A stretch of 64,000 bases of DNA from Squalus acanthias (GCA_030390025.1 CM059432.1:143718001-143782000); one strand, 5' to 3'; positions 38,681 through 52,564 are shown, counted from the first letter of the stretch. Numbers and translations are program-made. The notes: generated by a model from the sequence alone, not told the origin.

Positions 38681-40159
38681 GCGAACATTTGTTGCAAGGA
38701 AACATTGCTGATGGTAATACTGCAATTGCTGCACTCTTCCATTTATGCAAACATTGCCAGGTTTAGAGCACCAGAGAGGAGCAGCAGTCCACTTTTGTTT
38801 TTGTGGCTATCAAGCTTGAGCACAGTGATTGAAGAAAATGAAACTTGAACTCTGGAAGCATCAAAGAAGAAGAAACAACTGGCATTGAAACAAAAACTAC
38901 TCACTAGACATCAGAGCTCTCGGTAGGTTAGGAAATAAGACAAATCAGCATCTGCACAGTCTCCAATCAACAATTGCAGGTACACAGTGGGAAACAGAAG
39001 TAGGCACAGTTCAAAAAGTCAGGGAAATGCCATCGCTCCAATTTGTCCCACCTGTCAATTTCCCACTGAACTCCATAACACGCACATGCATGAACATTGA
39101 ATGACTTAAAATGAATGCAAGTTACCTGCATATGACTAGTCGGAGTTCAAAGACACAAATACAATGTGCACCAACGTTTCTGTGACTTAGTCAATGCCAG
39201 TGATCTGTGGCAAGTCTCAATGCAACCAGGCATTTCATTCATAAACTTGTGTAATTTTTGTAGCTTTCATTTGAGTCAATTGCCTCTGATCGTGGTCCAA
39301 ATCACTCGTAAAATCTACTTCATTCAGTAAAATTTTTAAATTACAATCGTAAGTGCCACCCTTCCAGCCCTTGCTACTGCTGACTAAATGTGGCAAAGAT
39401 AAACAAGCCCTTGGTCACATTAAGATTTACAGGAATTCCTCAGTATACCGTTGACAACCTCTGCTCCACAGACTGTTGACAATGGATTCGTACTTTCCAA
39501 CACAGTCTAAATTCAAAATCATTGCATTATCTGCCAATTCAAATTATCTCTTTTTTAAAATACAAAATGTCACACACTGTTCTATTTATATTGCTCAATT
39601 TAAATTACTGGATGATTCAAATAATTTTCCAAGCAAACACAGCTTGGAATTAAACAGGAGTAAACCATCAGATGCTTCGCTAGTTACTCAAAAAAATTAT
39701 TTCTCTCCCTCTTCAGGTTTCCTTACATCATGCTTCATTTCTCACTAATAAGCCTACTGCCACCCCTTCATCCAAATGCAGGCACATACATCAACTTGGC
39801 CCAAGGCTACTCATGCTACGCCCTTCTGCCTCTCCTCAACTGATTATAATGGTTAGTATTGTTGAAAACAAACAATCATGGGGAACTGCTCAAAAAAATG
39901 TTTGAAAGAGCAAGCATTCTTCTTAAACTTAAAGTTTCAGGGCACGATTGTTGATGGCTTGCAGTACAGTGGTGGACTGCATTGCTACACTACAATCACC
40001 ATGATAGACTGCCAGGATGCAAATCCACGCCACTTGTCCGCCCATATTTGGTGACAATGGGGGGGGGTCCTCTTCTCCATTTCAAAACTTCTACCGTGCA
40101 GATAAAATGGGCGTTATAAATGAAGAAAATAGTGCTTCTCTCGCTCCTCACCTGCCCTC

Positions 40160-40465
40160 TGCCACAAATTATTTTCAATATATGCAGCAACTCACTAAGG
40201 TTACTTAGACAGCATCTCCCTTCCCTTATGATCTCTCCCACCAAGACACCAATGGGAATGTTGTGGGAATACCATGACCTCCAAGTTGCACACCATCCTA
40301 ACTTGAAGATATATTGTTATCCTGGAATTCCATTTTGGTGCCATCGTGGGCGCACCATCACCACAAGAGCTGCAGCAGTTCAAGGAGTAGGCCCACCACC
40401 TTCTCACGGCATATAGGATGGACCATAAATATGGCATTGCCAGAATTGGCCACATCCCAAAAATA
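40160..40465 (+). mobile_element. CR1-group family 2 3' end, decayed
   Basis: Collinear with 36910-37260. Confidence 0.7.
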
Positions 40466-41271
40466 AAATTGGCGACAAACTTGGAGACCAAGGTTTCTTT
40501 CTACGACAAAATGCAGATTTTTTATTTTTTAAGACCACCAAGTCTTGTGAATTTTAGCACCATTGGCAAAATTCAAAATGTAGTCCACGTACTTATTACT
40601 GTACTAATAACAGCTATTACTGGCAATGCTATGGCCATTGCACAATTTAAAGATGACAGTTACAATTTGAGAACAGTCTTATGCAAGTGCTGCCATAAAT
40701 TAATGAAAATTTAACTTGAGGAACATTCTCTTTCTTGCCAACCGTTATAATACAGAACATTTCATCCCCAGATAAACAAATCCATTCCCTATGAAATGAA
40801 ACATCTGATATGGCTTTGCTGCAATTTCAACCCATTCTGTTCAGGGTAACAAAATGGTGATGCTTTGTATAGTTCGCTTCATTTGATTCACATCCTGCGA
40901 GTCAAACTGCACTTCTGACCTTTCCTTTCAATACCATAGACCTTCCTTCCTATTAGCACAGCCACCATCAGAAAAATCAGAACAGCAGAAGTGCAACTGA
41001 TGCATGCATGCCAACTTACACGTTGTGGGACACACATGCCTTTAAATTTTGAGTATATGGAAGATGAAGTTTATCAAGTGCTGGAAAATGGGATTAGAAT
41101 AGACAGGGCTTGATGGCCGGCGTGGACACGATGGGCCGAAGGGCCTCTTTCTGTGCTGTATAACTATGACTATAATCAGCAAGAGGAGATACCAAGCTAC
41201 TCAGTGTATTTTTGTATCATGTAAAGAAAATATCCAATGTATCATCTATGGCAATGGTGTTAAACCATGGA

Positions 41272-41780
41272 AACATAGAAAAATAAGAGTAGGCCATTCA
41301 GCCCTTCAATTTGATCATGGCTGATCCTCTATCTCAATACCATTTCCCACTCTCTCCCCATACCCCTTGATGCCTTTTGTGTCTAGAAATCTATCCATCT
41401 CCTTCTTAAATATATTCAGTGACTTGGCCTCCACAGCCTTCTGTGGTAGAGAATTCCACAGGTTCACCACCCTCTGAGTGAAGAAATTTCTCCTCATCTC
41501 AGTCCTAAATGTCCTACCCCGTATCCTGAGACTGTGACCCCTCGTTCTAGAGCCCCCCCAGCCAGGGGAAACATCCTCCCTGCATCCAGTCTGTCAAGCC
41601 CTGTCAGAATTTTGTATGCTTCAATGAGATCCTCTCTCATTCTTCTAAACTCTAGTGAATACAGGCCTAGTCGACCCAATCTCTCCTCATACGACAGTCC
41701 TGCCATCCCAGGAATCAGTCTGGTGAACTTTCGCTGCACTCCCTCTATCCTTTCTTAGGTAAGGAGACCAAAACGGCACT
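41272..41780 (-). mobile_element. CR1 LINE 3' fragment
   Basis: ORFs 41494-41739 and 41315-41497. Confidence 0.9.
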
Positions 41781-42535
41781 GGAGATCCACAAACTACATA
41801 TACACAATCACAACACAAAACATCACATTCAAGGGGTACTTTATTGAAGACAACGCTACTTCTATCACTCACTATGCTGATAAAATTAAGCTAAGGCAGC
41901 AAAATTAATCTAAAGCAGCAGAAGCAGAAACAGAACCCGGAGCAAAATAACTGCAAGTTTCCAAAAATCATTGCGCTAAATGACAGCCCCTTCTAGAGGA
42001 AAAAAAAAAACCCAGTGCTGCAGAAGGCCAACATATCAGAGATATGAACTTGGCTTCAGAGGCCAGGTAATCAGAGATTGTGGGTCAGAGTTTGAACCAT
42101 CTCTGATGCACCAACGTTTAGCCAGGTGATTTCAAATAGCTTTCTTTTTACAATAGCAAAATACTGCGGATGCTGGAAATCCAAAATAACAGAAAACGCT
42201 GGAAAAGCTTTCTTTTCAGCTGTGCTGCTACAGCTTGTAAAATTCGCAATTATCGCGATTCGAAATAACGAGATAAAGCAGATTCGTTTCATCAGTTTTA
42301 TTTCAACGAAATGCTGTCATGATTAAACAGGACATAGAAGCCTGTAAAATGGCCGCCGCGCCTCGTGGCAGAAGCTTCCAGAATTTTCAGTGGGCAGACA
42401 AAATGGCGTTCGAATAAACATTTCAGTATAAGATTGGTTAATACGCAGCAAACACTGATAAAGACAGGATGCAACCTGTCTGCATTCGACACAATAGCAA
42501 AGATATAAGTGCTGGAATCATTTTCCATGCACAAG

Positions 42536-43845
42536 TAAGGACCATTGTACTGGGCAATCGAAGGCCCATCCAGATACATCAACACGCAAATTCCCCCACG
42601 GCTCTACAATGAGAGAGCCATTCACGGGTGATTAAGTCAGTATTCGAGAAGGCCCCAAACCCAGTCAGGGAGACTCCTAGCCGGTTCGACAATGGGGAAA
42701 GCATTAACGGGTAGTTGGCCAGTTTAAGGTGCTACCGAAACCCATTACCAACAAGAATCACCCCATACTGGGAATTTTGAGCGCCAAGATTTTACAAAGG
42801 ATGAACATTAAGATTTGGGCGGGAGATAAGGGAACACAGCACTATAACTATAGTGAACAAACGTCCATCTCTCTTATTCCTCTGATCCTCCCGGGGCTTA
42901 TTCGTTTGAACTGACTCTTGACGCGGGCTGAACTTTTATTCTCCTATGTTGGGTGGAGCTCAATTTGGAACGAGTCGCCTCGATGAAGGCCAGTGCACCA
43001 TCCCGAGGGTCGGTAAACGGTGTCCTGGACCCGAAAGCCCGAAGAGACGAGACGAGACGAGACGAGACGAGACGAAGAAGAATCCACGTGCCGCCGCGGT
43101 CAGTAAACCCCGACCGCGCCCGAAAATATATAGACCATTTTTTAACTCTATAGGTTACTGCACGAACTGGTCAAAGACTCTTTGAATTCTACCGGCTAAC
43201 TGGTGTCGATCCAGAAAGACTTTTCTTTGAGTTCTACAGCCGGGCCCGAGCACTGTCGAGTTCTTCATGACAACGGGGAGCCCAGCCTGCTAGCCGGAGC
43301 AGAGAAGATAAACAAGTGGGGTACAGAGACCCCTTCCAACACGTGACAGTCAGGTGTTGCAGCAAAACAAGCCGAGTGCCTTGTTTAAAATTCTCCGAAG
43401 TATCACGAGTGGTGAGCATGTTTCCTCGATCCTACAAATCTAGATTAGTGTAGGTATCGATAGGGGAGGGTGGTTTTTTATTAAGGATAAATATAATGTG
43501 TTCCCCTTTTTACAATGTGCCGTGCGTTCCTCATGACCCTAGACCAAGTTTTATGAATGTATGTATACTTGTACTGTCATTAATTTGTGCCTATGACATG
43601 TACTTCATGATTTTGGACGTTATGCAATAAAGATTTCCATTTCGTACTATTCAACCGGGTCTATTTGAGTTTTCTCTGCATTACTGCTCTCGCACCTAAG
43701 TCCAGTGTTAGAACCGTAAGGGCGAGTGGGTCGAACCACTCACAGGTGCTTATTGCAACAAGGCTGGCCGGAGACCAGAGCAAGCAATAGTATTAGGCAA
43801 CGAAGGCCTAACCCCGCACAAGCGCCTACGAACCGAAACCCCTTA
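42536..43845 (+). mobile_element. Probable solo LTR or LTR-like insertion (~1.3 kb)
   Basis: Terminal inverted TAAGG...CCTTA, flanked by direct CAAG (42532-42535 / 43846-43849); CpG-rich, non-coding; AATAAA at 43626; internal (GAGAC)n. Confidence 0.55.
43043..43074 (+). repeat. (GAGAC)n pentanucleotide microsatellite, ~6 units
   Basis: Direct reading. Confidence 0.9.
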
Positions 43846-46604
43846 CAAGCTAATGTATCTAATTACCCACATCAAGGTGATAAATGCCACTGCTTGGCAC
43901 AGACCATCTTAGACTGAATGCCTACCTTTTTAAAAAAAATTATTGTAATTAAATTGTGAATGCTAAGAATCAACCTGGATATATGGCCAGCTGAGCTAGG
44001 ACTTTCAAGCCCTGATTTGATAAAAAATCAAACTAAGTTGTTGGCAATGAAGAGTTAATGAATCAGACCAACTTCCACTCCATGTGCTTTGAAAGTCTAC
44101 TAAAGATGCAGCATCAAAACAGCAGCCTAGGTACGAATATTTCACCATTAATCTCATTTCAACAGATTCAGTGTTTAGCAGCAAATATCTAAATTCGCTG
44201 ACTGGTTGAAGCCATTTATATAACTGAAATATTAACTTGTTTCACAAAATGAATATACAACAAATTAGCTATTCCAGCTGAATTTTGACTTTAGTAGCTG
44301 AAGGTATACAGCAAGATGAAAATGTGTGCCATTTTTGTAATCTAGAAAGAAATCTGTGGTGTGGTAGATACCTGTGCTTAGCTGCACACAAGAGGGAGTC
44401 TTTGAACCATGTGCGCAAATCAAGTCTTGCATCACACGAGATTCCACAAAGCTCCTTTATTTAGTGAATTGAAACAGTGGCTTCTACTACACAACTAATC
44501 ATGTCCCACCCACTCACACCACGAAAGACTGTTCATTATCCAACTCTGTGAGCCACACTGAACACAATCTTACCAAAGATGCTTGGCTCCTGGTTCACAG
44601 TTTCTTCTCGCCCGCCTAACAGCTCCGCTCCCCCCCCCCACCACAAAAAAAGTAAGCATTTTTTTTTTTTAAAGACGATAAGCATTTCCCTCTTGACTCA
44701 CTTCAATGCCAATAAATCAGAAAATGACATAATTCCATAACAGTTTGTCTTTAAGTTAAGAGCACTCAGAATTAAGGACTTTTGTAGAATTCCCTAGATT
44801 TGTCAGTTTTTCCAATAAAAGGCCAGCCATTAAATGTATGTTTTGAATGCTGCTTGGGGTTAGCTAGACTTATTTTCAACCAATCTCCACATAAGCATGA
44901 AATAAAATATTCTTGCTTTTATCAAGAAGGGTTTCTAATATCCTACATGCATTAGGGTGGCCATACATGGGAAAATACAAAAAGCAGGGAACAACTGGAA
45001 GCATTCCAGAGAATGTTCCTATAAACAACTGACATTCACATAACAATCCCTGACCATAACCCATCATCTGGTTTTCACATCATTCCCATGAGAATCCTAG
45101 AAACCAGAGTCCAATTCTTGGCATTCCAAGCATACATTATTCAGATCACACCACACTATCACTGTTCATTTTATTGTTCCTATACTGACATTACGATCTT
45201 CTTAAGCCTTCAGAACACTTGCATTGTAAAAAGTAAATGAATTTACATTTGAGATATTTTTTTTTTTTAGGTAGTCAATAATAACTGAAGAAAATAGCTT
45301 ATTTCAGGTCAGAGATGTTAATGGGACAGGCTGTGGGAAATGAATTAAAGAGTCACTTTTTAAAGGAAAAATAGTTGGCATTCATGTCACTGAACCAGCA
45401 GGACCAGAGAATTGCAAACAAAGTACTATCTTAGTACACGCTTAGTGATCCTAGATGGGATTACGTGCAACTGTGCATGTTACAAGTTTGTACCATGCTA
45501 AACAACAGTTGTTCAGACAGTACATCTAAAGAATATAATAGAAACTTGACTTTCATGTACAAGTCCATGGGAAGCTGTCAGAATTTGGTTACAAGTGTCC
45601 AATTTGCCCAATACGGAAAGGAATTAAAAGTTGGATGAGAAACAGTCCTTTATAAAAAGTTAGGTGAAAATCTGAGTGACAAATTGAAGTACTGAATATT
45701 TACACATGAGCAAAGAACAATTCTGAGCAAGCCAATTTATAAAGGAAACCCACAGACCAGGAAATGGCTCATCAAAATGTTGGTAAATTCATCCAAGAGA
45801 GTTGGAGATTCATCAAGTCTCACAGATATGTAACTAGGTCACAAGAACAATGTGCCTCATTACTAAAAGGGTATGGGAAACTTGAAGCTTAAAATCAGCA
45901 CAGCATTTTAAGACTGGACAAACTCAGGCTCATGGATAGACCAACAGCATTGTAAAACTTCCACTAGGGAATTTGTGGTAGTCAAATAGTAAAAATAAGC
46001 CCCCATGTTACACTATCAAAGCAAGATATTTGCTTCCACTGAAAGCAGATTTACCATTCTGTGTGGTCCACTAACACAATGCTCTGATTAAACTAAGTTT
46101 TATAACTCGTTCCTATTGTCTTTTTACAGGATTTATTCCAGCAGTTTGACATGTGTGCATGCTGACCAAACCATTAAAAAGGTTCAACGGTGCAGTGCAC
46201 GGGACCAAGAATGTAACTGCTGTTTGAGAATCATTCCTATTTTACAATCAAACTTCAAAGCAAACATTTTAATTTTGCTGTGGGGCCGGGGTGGGGGGGG
46301 GGGGGGAAGAGAAATCAATGGCAGTGGTACTGTAAATCATAATATCCTAAATAAAGCTGTAGAAATCCAGCTTCAGATAAAGGTCGAATACTCGTTAACT
46401 TGTGGCTAAAGAACAAAGTTAATGTTAGTGGTTCACTGTACACAGTTCTAGGATATGTAACTTGTCACCTCACGGTTAATTCACAATCATTTCAGAGTTG
46501 TTTCTAGTTATAACATGGAACCATGCCTCACACACCCCAAACTTATTCCGGCCTTACTGAAATACTTAAGAGTAAAGCACATAATGCAATTTTATTGGTT
46601 GTCT

Positions 46605-47770
46605 GAGTGTGGACGATTCTGGCAATACCACATTCACTTCCCAAGACTAGCTGCCCTGCGCAGATGGTGGTGAGCCTTCCCAAACTGCTGCAGCAAATGT
46701 GGTGACAGTTCTCCCACAATGCTGTTAGGCGGGAAATTCCTGGACACGAACCCAGCAATGAAGGAACAGAGCTTTATGTCGAAGTCAGGATTGTGTGGGG
46801 ATTTCCAGGGAAACGGGGTGGGGCGTTGGGAACTTGGCAGAGATGATGTTCCCACTGAATAGGGAAAATGGAACGAGAGGAAAAAAGGGCTAGCTCTTCT
46901 CCTCCTTGGTGGTTGAGGTCTGAGGGGAGGGCAGTACTGTGCCAGTACCCTTGGCAAGTTGCTGCAGTGTATCCTGTCGATTGCACGTGTTGCAGCCACA
47001 GTGCACCAGTGGTGGAGAGGGTGGATACCCAGTCCAGTGGCACAAGGACTGATCAAGCAAATTGCTCCAGCAGCTTATGTTGTGCAGCTACACCCATTCA
47101 GGCAAGTGATAAGCATTCCATCCATAACACTATGCGTCTAAAGCCTTTTAGGTGAGCCTCATCATGGCAGTGTATCCAGCTTTTTCCCTGCTCGCAGCCA
47201 CGATGTTAATGTGACTGGTCCAGTTAAGCTTCTGGTCAATGCCTGTCCCCAAGATGTTGATGGTGAGGGGATTGACGAGAAGGGGAGAGGGCTGAGCTTC
47301 CTTTTGTACCTTGCATTGATGTGGCACGAATATTATGCCACTTGTCAGCCCAAGGTTGGATATTATCCAGGTCCTGCTGTAGGCTGGCATGGCTGCTTCA
47401 TTATCAGACAAGTTGTGAATGGAGCAGAATACTGGAATTGTTGGTGAATGGCCCCACTCCTGATCCCACGATGGAGGGAAGGTATTTGATTAAGCAGCTG
47501 AAGATGGCTGGACTGAGGACACTTCCTTGAGGAACTCCTGCAGTGATGTCCTTTGACTGTGATGATTGTGCTCCAACAGCCATAGCCATCTCCCTTTGTG
47601 TATATATATATATATATATGATATAATTGCAGCCATTGAAGTATTTTCCCTTCCACTCTCATTGACCCTAGATTTGCTGAGGCTCACTTGTCAGTTGAAT
47701 GCTGCCTTGATGTTGAAGGCAGCTACTCGCGTCTCTCTAGCATTCAGCTCTTGCAACCATGTTTTGATTA
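46605..47770 (-). mobile_element. CR1-group family 2, old decayed copy containing a (TA)n tract
   Basis: ORF 47404-47589 AGVPQGSVLSPAIFSC; ORF 47148-47411 IDQKLNWTSHIN. Confidence 0.85.
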
Positions 47771-48254
47771 AGGATCAATTTCACAAAAGTATTTGAACAT
47801 ACCCAGTGCTAGCCTTTCTTCCTCCAATGCCAGTTCCCCTATTCAGTCTTGCCTTAATGGGTTTTCATTAGCTGGTCAGCTTTAAGGTATGTTTTGCAGC
47901 AAAAGGAAAGTGCTGATTCTTAGACTGACATGGCAGTCTTCCCATGTGAAAATCTCAAATGAGGAAGTATCTGCTGCCATGTAAGCTCATCAGTTGTTAA
48001 AGAAAACACATTCGAGAAATCAACTGCAGGTGTATATAGAGCTGAAATGGCCCAAATCTACCCCTCTCCCTATTCATTGGTTGTTCTGTATTTTAGGTGG
48101 CTTTAATTAAATTAACTATTTGTAACAGGTAGTGAAATTACTGATTTAAAAAAAAGTTAAACATGAATTGAATCAGTTTTTTTATACAAAGAAAAATATC
48201 ACACTGCACATTAAAAAAAGGACCATTTTAAAATTTGATTGGCTTTGAGCTCCT

Positions 48255-48600
48255 TCAATGGCTCATGCAGTATGCAACAGCCATGTAGACCAGAATATCC
48301 CAGGTTTGATTCCCAATCTATACTGTGATAGCTGATGCAAGAGAGGGCACGATAATTATCCTCATACACTTGAGTCAGCGAGGGGGGAAACATCACTCTG
48401 GACCGCCAGTAACCCACTCTGAATGGTGCAGGTGTGGGGATGTCCGGTTTGGGCAGGACCCAGCTCAGATTTAATGCCCCCTTGGTAGAAGAGCTGGCAC
48501 TCACTATCTATACTCAGTCACTTGGGAGAGATACCAGAGAATAATTGATGCCTATAGAACAGTACTGCAGCATCAATCAGCACCCCCAGGAGGAGAGAAT
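48255..48600 (+). mobile_element. Ancient tRNA-derived SINE (AmnSINE2-like)
   Basis: Head agccatgtagaccag...cccaggtttgattccc; collinear with 26250-26590. Confidence 0.45.
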
Positions 48601-49551
48601 ACTGCAGGATTGCAACATGCAGGGGTGAAAACTTTTAAAAAAAATCTTTGAAAGGGGTTTAAATTAATGTGTTTAGAATTTAGTAAATCTTTATGACTTT
48701 CATAAAAGTGAAATCCCCGGACGGACGTGATATATATATATATATATATATTTTTTTTTTGAAGGGAAGTCATTTATGAAGCGCATATTAAAAAACTTGC
48801 ATTGATTGATAAAATTACATCTCAACAGCATTCTGTAAAACATTGTCCTGCAAGTGTTTTGAACTTAATTCCAACATATGATGGAAAAAGCCCTTGCCAA
48901 CATCAGTTTGAAAAAAACTCTACAAATTAACAAACAGGAAAGGCAGATCTTGACTAAATGCAAATTTCATTTTTGTGTACAGGAAGAAACTTAACTATCT
49001 TAATTATATTTGACTGCTAATAGACAATAGTATCAAGGGCATGACAGCTTTGGATGCATGGTGCCCCAATGAACCATCTATAAAGACAGTGGGGAGGACT
49101 GTCACCCATTCTGCTTTAAAGAGAGTGAAGAATGCAAACTTATTGCAAGTTTGCAAAGAGATTTAGGAATTGAGGGGTGAGAAGTTAAGTTTCTGCTGGA
49201 ATGACAAGTCCAAATGGGTTTATAAACAAGCTTTTGGAAAGCTTAAGCATTTAAATTATCTTGGGAGCAGATGAGGCTGAGAATAAGCATATGCTGCAAG
49301 ATCGTTACTCTGATGCTGCATTGTAAAGCTGTCCTGCTCCAGAAACTAAAATATTGTCTGGGTAATGCACCTTCAGCTTCAAACATGCCAGCAATGGAAA
49401 GAGCCCAACCAACCAACCACTTATGCAGTTCATTTAAAATCTGTAGTATATGCTAAAGGTAGCCTGAAATGTTCAGACATAAATCTTTCTTGGGGCAAAG
49501 ACAGAAAAAGAAGAAAATAATGTGAAGTTGTTCAAAAATTAACCAGTGCAC

Positions 49552-49897
49552 CAATGTTCCCGTTAAGCATTAGGATGGGATATGTTAGGGGGAATTAAAT
49601 ACGTGGGGTTACGGGGGTCGGGTGGGAAATGTGTACTGTGGGGATTAAAGCAGGGACAGGGTACTGGATTTGAATGATCAGCCATGATCGTATTGAATGG
49701 TGGTGCAGGCTCGACGGGCCGAATGGCCTACTCCTGCTCCTAGATTCTATGTTTCTATGTTTCTATGTAAGCTGCATGGCCGTCTGGAGGTCCCATGACG
49801 CTGGCTCACCGGCTTTTAAATGGAAAAACCGTGGATGTGCGAAAATTTGAATGGGTTGCAGAGCCCGCACACCCAAAAAAAATTACAGGGAGCATTG
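49552..49897. mobile_element. hAT-type MITE copy 3 with a nested retroposon
   Basis: Perfect 8-bp TSD CAGTGCAC (49544-49551 / 49898-49905); TIRs CAATGTTCCC/GGGAGCATTG. Confidence 0.85.
49569..49767 (+). mobile_element. 5'-truncated CR1-tailed retroposon (HE1/V-SINE-like 3' part)
   Basis: TSD TAAGC (49564-49568 / 49768-49772); CR1 3' stem-loop and (TTCTATGT)x3 tail. Confidence 0.75.
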
Positions 49898-50329
49898 CAG
49901 TGCACCCAGACATAAAAGGTCAACTGACTACTTTTCTCCCTCAACCTCTATGAAAAAAATCACACTGCTTCTGTAGCAGACATTTCCAGAAGAGGATGGA
50001 AGGACCCCTCCATTTGACTCATCAAGCCTGTTCCTTCATGGGCCATATCTAATTGGCACTATTATGGATTTTACCTAATTCATTCAGTCTCACGAAAGGT
50101 TCTGCAAAATTTCTCCCCCTTCACAGCCCCCAACCAACATAAACCAACTCGAACTCCAGAATACCCTTCTTTATGTTGTATTATTTATCACTTACAAACT
50201 GCCTTCCCTCACAGGACATCTCCAAAGTCTCAGTAATTCAAGAATTATGTTCGACAAAGCATCGGAATTACCCTGCTCTGTACTAGTTAGATCATTTCCA
50301 GCAATGTTTTCTCTTCCAACCACCACACC

Positions 50330-51122
50330 GTTCCTTTCAGATTCCTGCATGCAGCTTTCCTTGGCCCCTCCTATTTCTCATCTACATGCTGCCCGTTGGC
50401 AACAGCAGCTGCAAATATGGTCAGCTTCCACATGTACGCCAACGATATCCAACTCTGCTCTCTCCACATCTCTCCAAACCCCTGCATTGCCTCTACTGTC
50501 ACAGTTTATCCTACATCTAGTCTTGGAGGAGGTCCAATTTCCTCCAGCTCAACACTGGGAATTCGTCATCTTTGGCCCCCATCACAAACTCCATACTCTT
50601 AACACCAATTCTATCCCCCTCTAGCCTACAGTCTCCGGCCGAACCAGATTGTTCGCAGCCGGGGTGATCCCCAACTCATCCAAGCCACTCTTGCCCGTAT
50701 CCTATCCCGCACAAAGTCCTGCTGCTCACCCATCATCCCTCCCCTTGCTGACCTACATTGTCTCCCAGTTACACAACGCCTCAAATTAGAATTCACATGT
50801 TTAAATCACTCCATGGCCTTGCCCTTCCCCATCTCCAACTTCCTCCATCCAACAACCACCCCCTTGAACTCTCCGTGCCTTGGACTTCGGCCTCTTCTGC
50901 TATAGCCCTTCACCCCACCACTGGGAGCCATGTCTACAGCCGTCTAGGCACCAAGCTCTGGAATTCCCTCCCTCAACTACACCAACCACCCGGCTCCTCC
51001 TTAAAACCCACAACTTTTGATCAAGCTTTTGTCACACATCCTAATATCATCTTTGGTTCAACATCTAATTTGATAATAATGCTCTGAAATCCTTTGGACG
51101 CCATATAAATGCAAGTTGTTGT
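50330..51122 (+). mobile_element. L2 LINE, decayed
   Basis: FHMYANDIQL (YADD region), KLWNSLP and L2 tail. Confidence 0.8.
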
Positions 51123-51659
51123 ATAAATTACAGGATCATTGGATAACTTCTCCAGTTCAGAAAGATTTTGTTTTTCTATCATAGTCAATAGCCTTGGCAT
51201 CAAATTTTGTTGCTTTGACAAAACTAAAGACTAATCATCATTCTAAGCTTGATTTACGCTCAGTCTTGTTCACGTAAATGTTGCTTGCTAAATGAGTAGT
51301 CACAGGGAGATCCAGCAGCAGTTGAAACCCATATTAATCTTGAATAATTATGGGGGGGAAAATACCATGTCGATAGATCTTGGAACATTAAAGTGCCAAA
51401 ATTATCAAAATGAACATTTATGTGGGGATTAGTAATTTAAGCACTGCAGCAAGAGTGCACCATTAATGGTTTATGAAAACTATTCAAAACAAACTTCTGC
51501 AATGGGTTTGTCCATTGGGATTATGCAACTCAACAAAAATTCTGAAGATACATCAGTCGATCTCCTTTAGTGTTACTCATGGACAAAAATAAAATATGGC
51601 TCCCCGCCTTTGGCAAATGTTAAAGCTAACTATTATACAAACAGCATGTATTTTTGTGA

Positions 51660-52140
51660 TTCATTTTCGGGATACGGGTGTCACTGGCAAGGCCAGCATT
51701 TATTGTCCATCCCTAATTGCCCTCAAGAAGGCGGTTATGAGCTGCCTTGAACCCCTGCAGTCCATGTGGTGAAGGTAGCGAGTTCCAGGAATTTGACCCA
51801 TCGACTATGAAGGAGCGGCCGATATATGTCCAAGTTGGGATGGTGTGGGACTCGGAGAGGAACATGGAGGTGGTGGTGTTCCCATGCACCTGCTGCCCTT
51901 GTCTGTCTTGGTGGTAGAGGTTGCAGATTTGGGAGGTGCTGTTTAAGAAGCCTTCGCGAGTTGCTGCAGTCCATCCTATAGATAGTACATCCTGCAGCCA
52001 TGGTGTACTGATGGTGAAAGGAGCGGATGTTTAAGGTGATGGATGGGGTGCCGAATAAGCAGACTTTGTCCTGGATAGTGCAGAGCTTCGAGTGTTGTTG
52101 TAGTTGCAGCCACCCAGTCAAGTGGAGAGTATTTCATCAC
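51660..52140 (-). mobile_element. CR1-group family 2 3' fragment
   Basis: ORF 51735-52121 is homologous to 57440-57862. Confidence 0.85.
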
Positions 52141-52564
52141 ATTATATGAATAAAATCAAACTAAATACCCCTACAGTAGCTGTGCTTTAGTGTGCTATCG
52201 ACACATTTTGTAAAGGGAACCAATCAGCACCTATTCTGAATTAGTCTTACTACAGCTTCCTTTTCTCATTGTCTTCGAATAAACAAAGGCCACTGTCTTT
52301 CTTGCTTTTTTAAAAACCTATTATGTCTATTTAAACACAAAGCAGCACAATTAGGGAGTGCTGTACCCTGGATAAATTGAGCATGTACACACCACTACAT
52401 GTATAGATGTGGATTTCTATTCAAGACTGGGTCAATTGCTTAAATAATTTATCTACCTTTATGGTCGACAGAGGGGGGACTTTTGATGCTTACCAGCACT
52501 CAAACAAATTTAAAACATAACACTACTGGTGGAGATGGTGCCTCAAATCAGAACTATATGCATC

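Noticed and set aside
43043..43074. CRISPR-like or coding repeat (RRDET ORFs)
   Set aside because: A simple (GAGAC)n microsatellite with no spacers
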